Positions 62,971 through 64,000 of a DNA stretch of 64,000 bases are shown here, one piece after another. This DNA comes from Dehalococcoidia bacterium (lineage in GTDB: Bacteria; Chloroflexota; Dehalococcoidia; Plut-88900). The translations under genes were made by a program, and so were the position numbers. A model generated the notes under the pieces. It searched no databases. It saw only the letters and a list, made by a program, of their open reading frames with translations, and was not told the origin of the DNA. The DNA lies in contig OZ240219.1 of NCBI GenBank assembly GCA_965197645.1, positions 3,008,001 to 3,072,000 on the forward strand, in the 5' to 3' direction. Numbering within the stretch: the stretch's first letter is position 1; the number at the start of each line of letters is the position of its first letter.

Positions 62971-63981
62971 GTACCCGTTTAGTACATATGAGACAGATGA
63001 GGAGAGACCAAGTTTGGATGGTAGTGCTGAAGATACTCTTTAGGAGTCATGCCGTCCAGGGAGTGATGAGGTCTAATGGTGTCGTAGATACGCTCCCATG
63101 CCAAGTGCGTTTGGTTCAAGGGGCCGATCTCGAAATCTCCGTCGTAGAGTTCGTTGAACTCCTCGGTATGGGTCCTCTGAGCCCTCTCTGCGTGTCCGTT
63201 GAGCTTGGGAGAGCGGTGAGGCAGTACGAACAGTCGGATCCCCATCTCCTTACACGCCATCTCGAACTGCGCCTGGAACTCGCTGCCCCCGTCCACTCAC
63301 ACTGCCTTTATGGGGAAGGGGAACCGCTGCCTCATCGTTTCAAGGAACTGGGCTGGCAGGGATACGGTGGCCCGGCTGTGTACCTCCACAACGGCGCACC
63401 GGGACACCATGTCTCGAGCGGTGAAGTGTTTCAGTGTCACCCCTAGCAGGGGACGCGCGTCCAGGGGGTCTACCCGGACTATGTCACCTGGTTCTGTGGT
63501 CTGGTACTCCTTGGGCTTACGAACCCAGTGGGGCCGGGTTCTCCGACGTTTGTGGGCCGATATGCCTGTTCTGGGAGGCTCCCTTAGCACCCCTCGGGCC
63601 TCCAACGTCCTGAGGATCCTCCCAACCATAGACGTAGACACCCTCCACCCCATCCTCCTCAACAGGACCACCAACTTATCTTTCCCCAACCTGGGGCACC
63701 GTTCCTTCGTCCTGAGCACCGCCTTCGCCAGCTCGGGGACCCACGTCGGCCTTCGCACCCTCCGGGGCCTCCGGCTCTTCAACCCCAAGCCTGCCGTGCC
63801 CTCTTCCCTGAGTGCTTTGTCCCATCGATACAGCGTTGATCTGGGCAGCCCTAGTTCCCTCGCAGCTTCCCCGCCCAAAAACCCTTAACCACCTCATCCT
63901 CTCCCTCAACTCGCCACTCTCAGCCTCCCTCGCCCACCTCCCTATCTGATAAAATGGCCTGGGTAGACCTATTACCCTCAT
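62971..63981 (-). mobile_element. IS481-family insertion sequence; transposase disrupted (frameshift near 63875, stop at 63297-63299); other end outside window
   Basis: LGLPRSTLYRW HTH, SRRPRR, VDGGSEF, SPKLNGHAERAQRT, RPHHSLDGMTP; terminus TGTACCCGTTTAGTACA at 62971. Confidence 0.88.
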
Positions 63982-64000
63982 GAAAGGGACCTCCTTAATT

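Overview
This GC-rich bacterial accessory region has no rRNA, tRNA or CRISPR array. The host is possibly Chloroflexota/Dehalococcoidia-like, inferred only from gene families. Four blocks are visible. (1) 1-13.9 kb is a defence island: XRE-HTH + ImmA/IrrE peptidase, DUF5131 + TcmP (frameshifted), a DUF4365 nuclease, and a type I R-M operon with HicAB and a coiled-coil/2-TM gene inserted inside it. (2) 14.6-43.6 kb is an integrative conjugative element core. A leftward minimal T4SS/Replic_Relax transfer operon faces a palindrome-rich control region. A rightward operon follows, encoding primase, Rad52, Cas4-like nuclease, SSB, RadC-JAB, DUF6094 methylase, SF2 helicase and a complete PRTRC-type ubiquitin-like cassette (Ubl, E2, JAB, E1). 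(3) 43.9-56.7 kb holds two copies of a secreted FN3-(PT)n-LRR protein with near-identical N-termini and swapped C-terminal domains. Each copy is followed by paralogous membrane-anchored LolA/LppX-like genes, many of them orphaned or broken. Each sits behind a pho-box-like promoter divergent from a GAF-PAS-kinase-REC-wHTH hybrid (intact for copy 2, a stub for copy 1). This polymorphic cassette is the most novel-looking system in the window. (4) 56.7-64 kb contains a deleted relic of a sibling ICE (integrase fused to ThiF), a degenerate ImmA, response-regulator debris, a Dual-OB + 2x DUF488 operon and a broken IS481. All family calls come from motif recognition by eye; no database searches were run.
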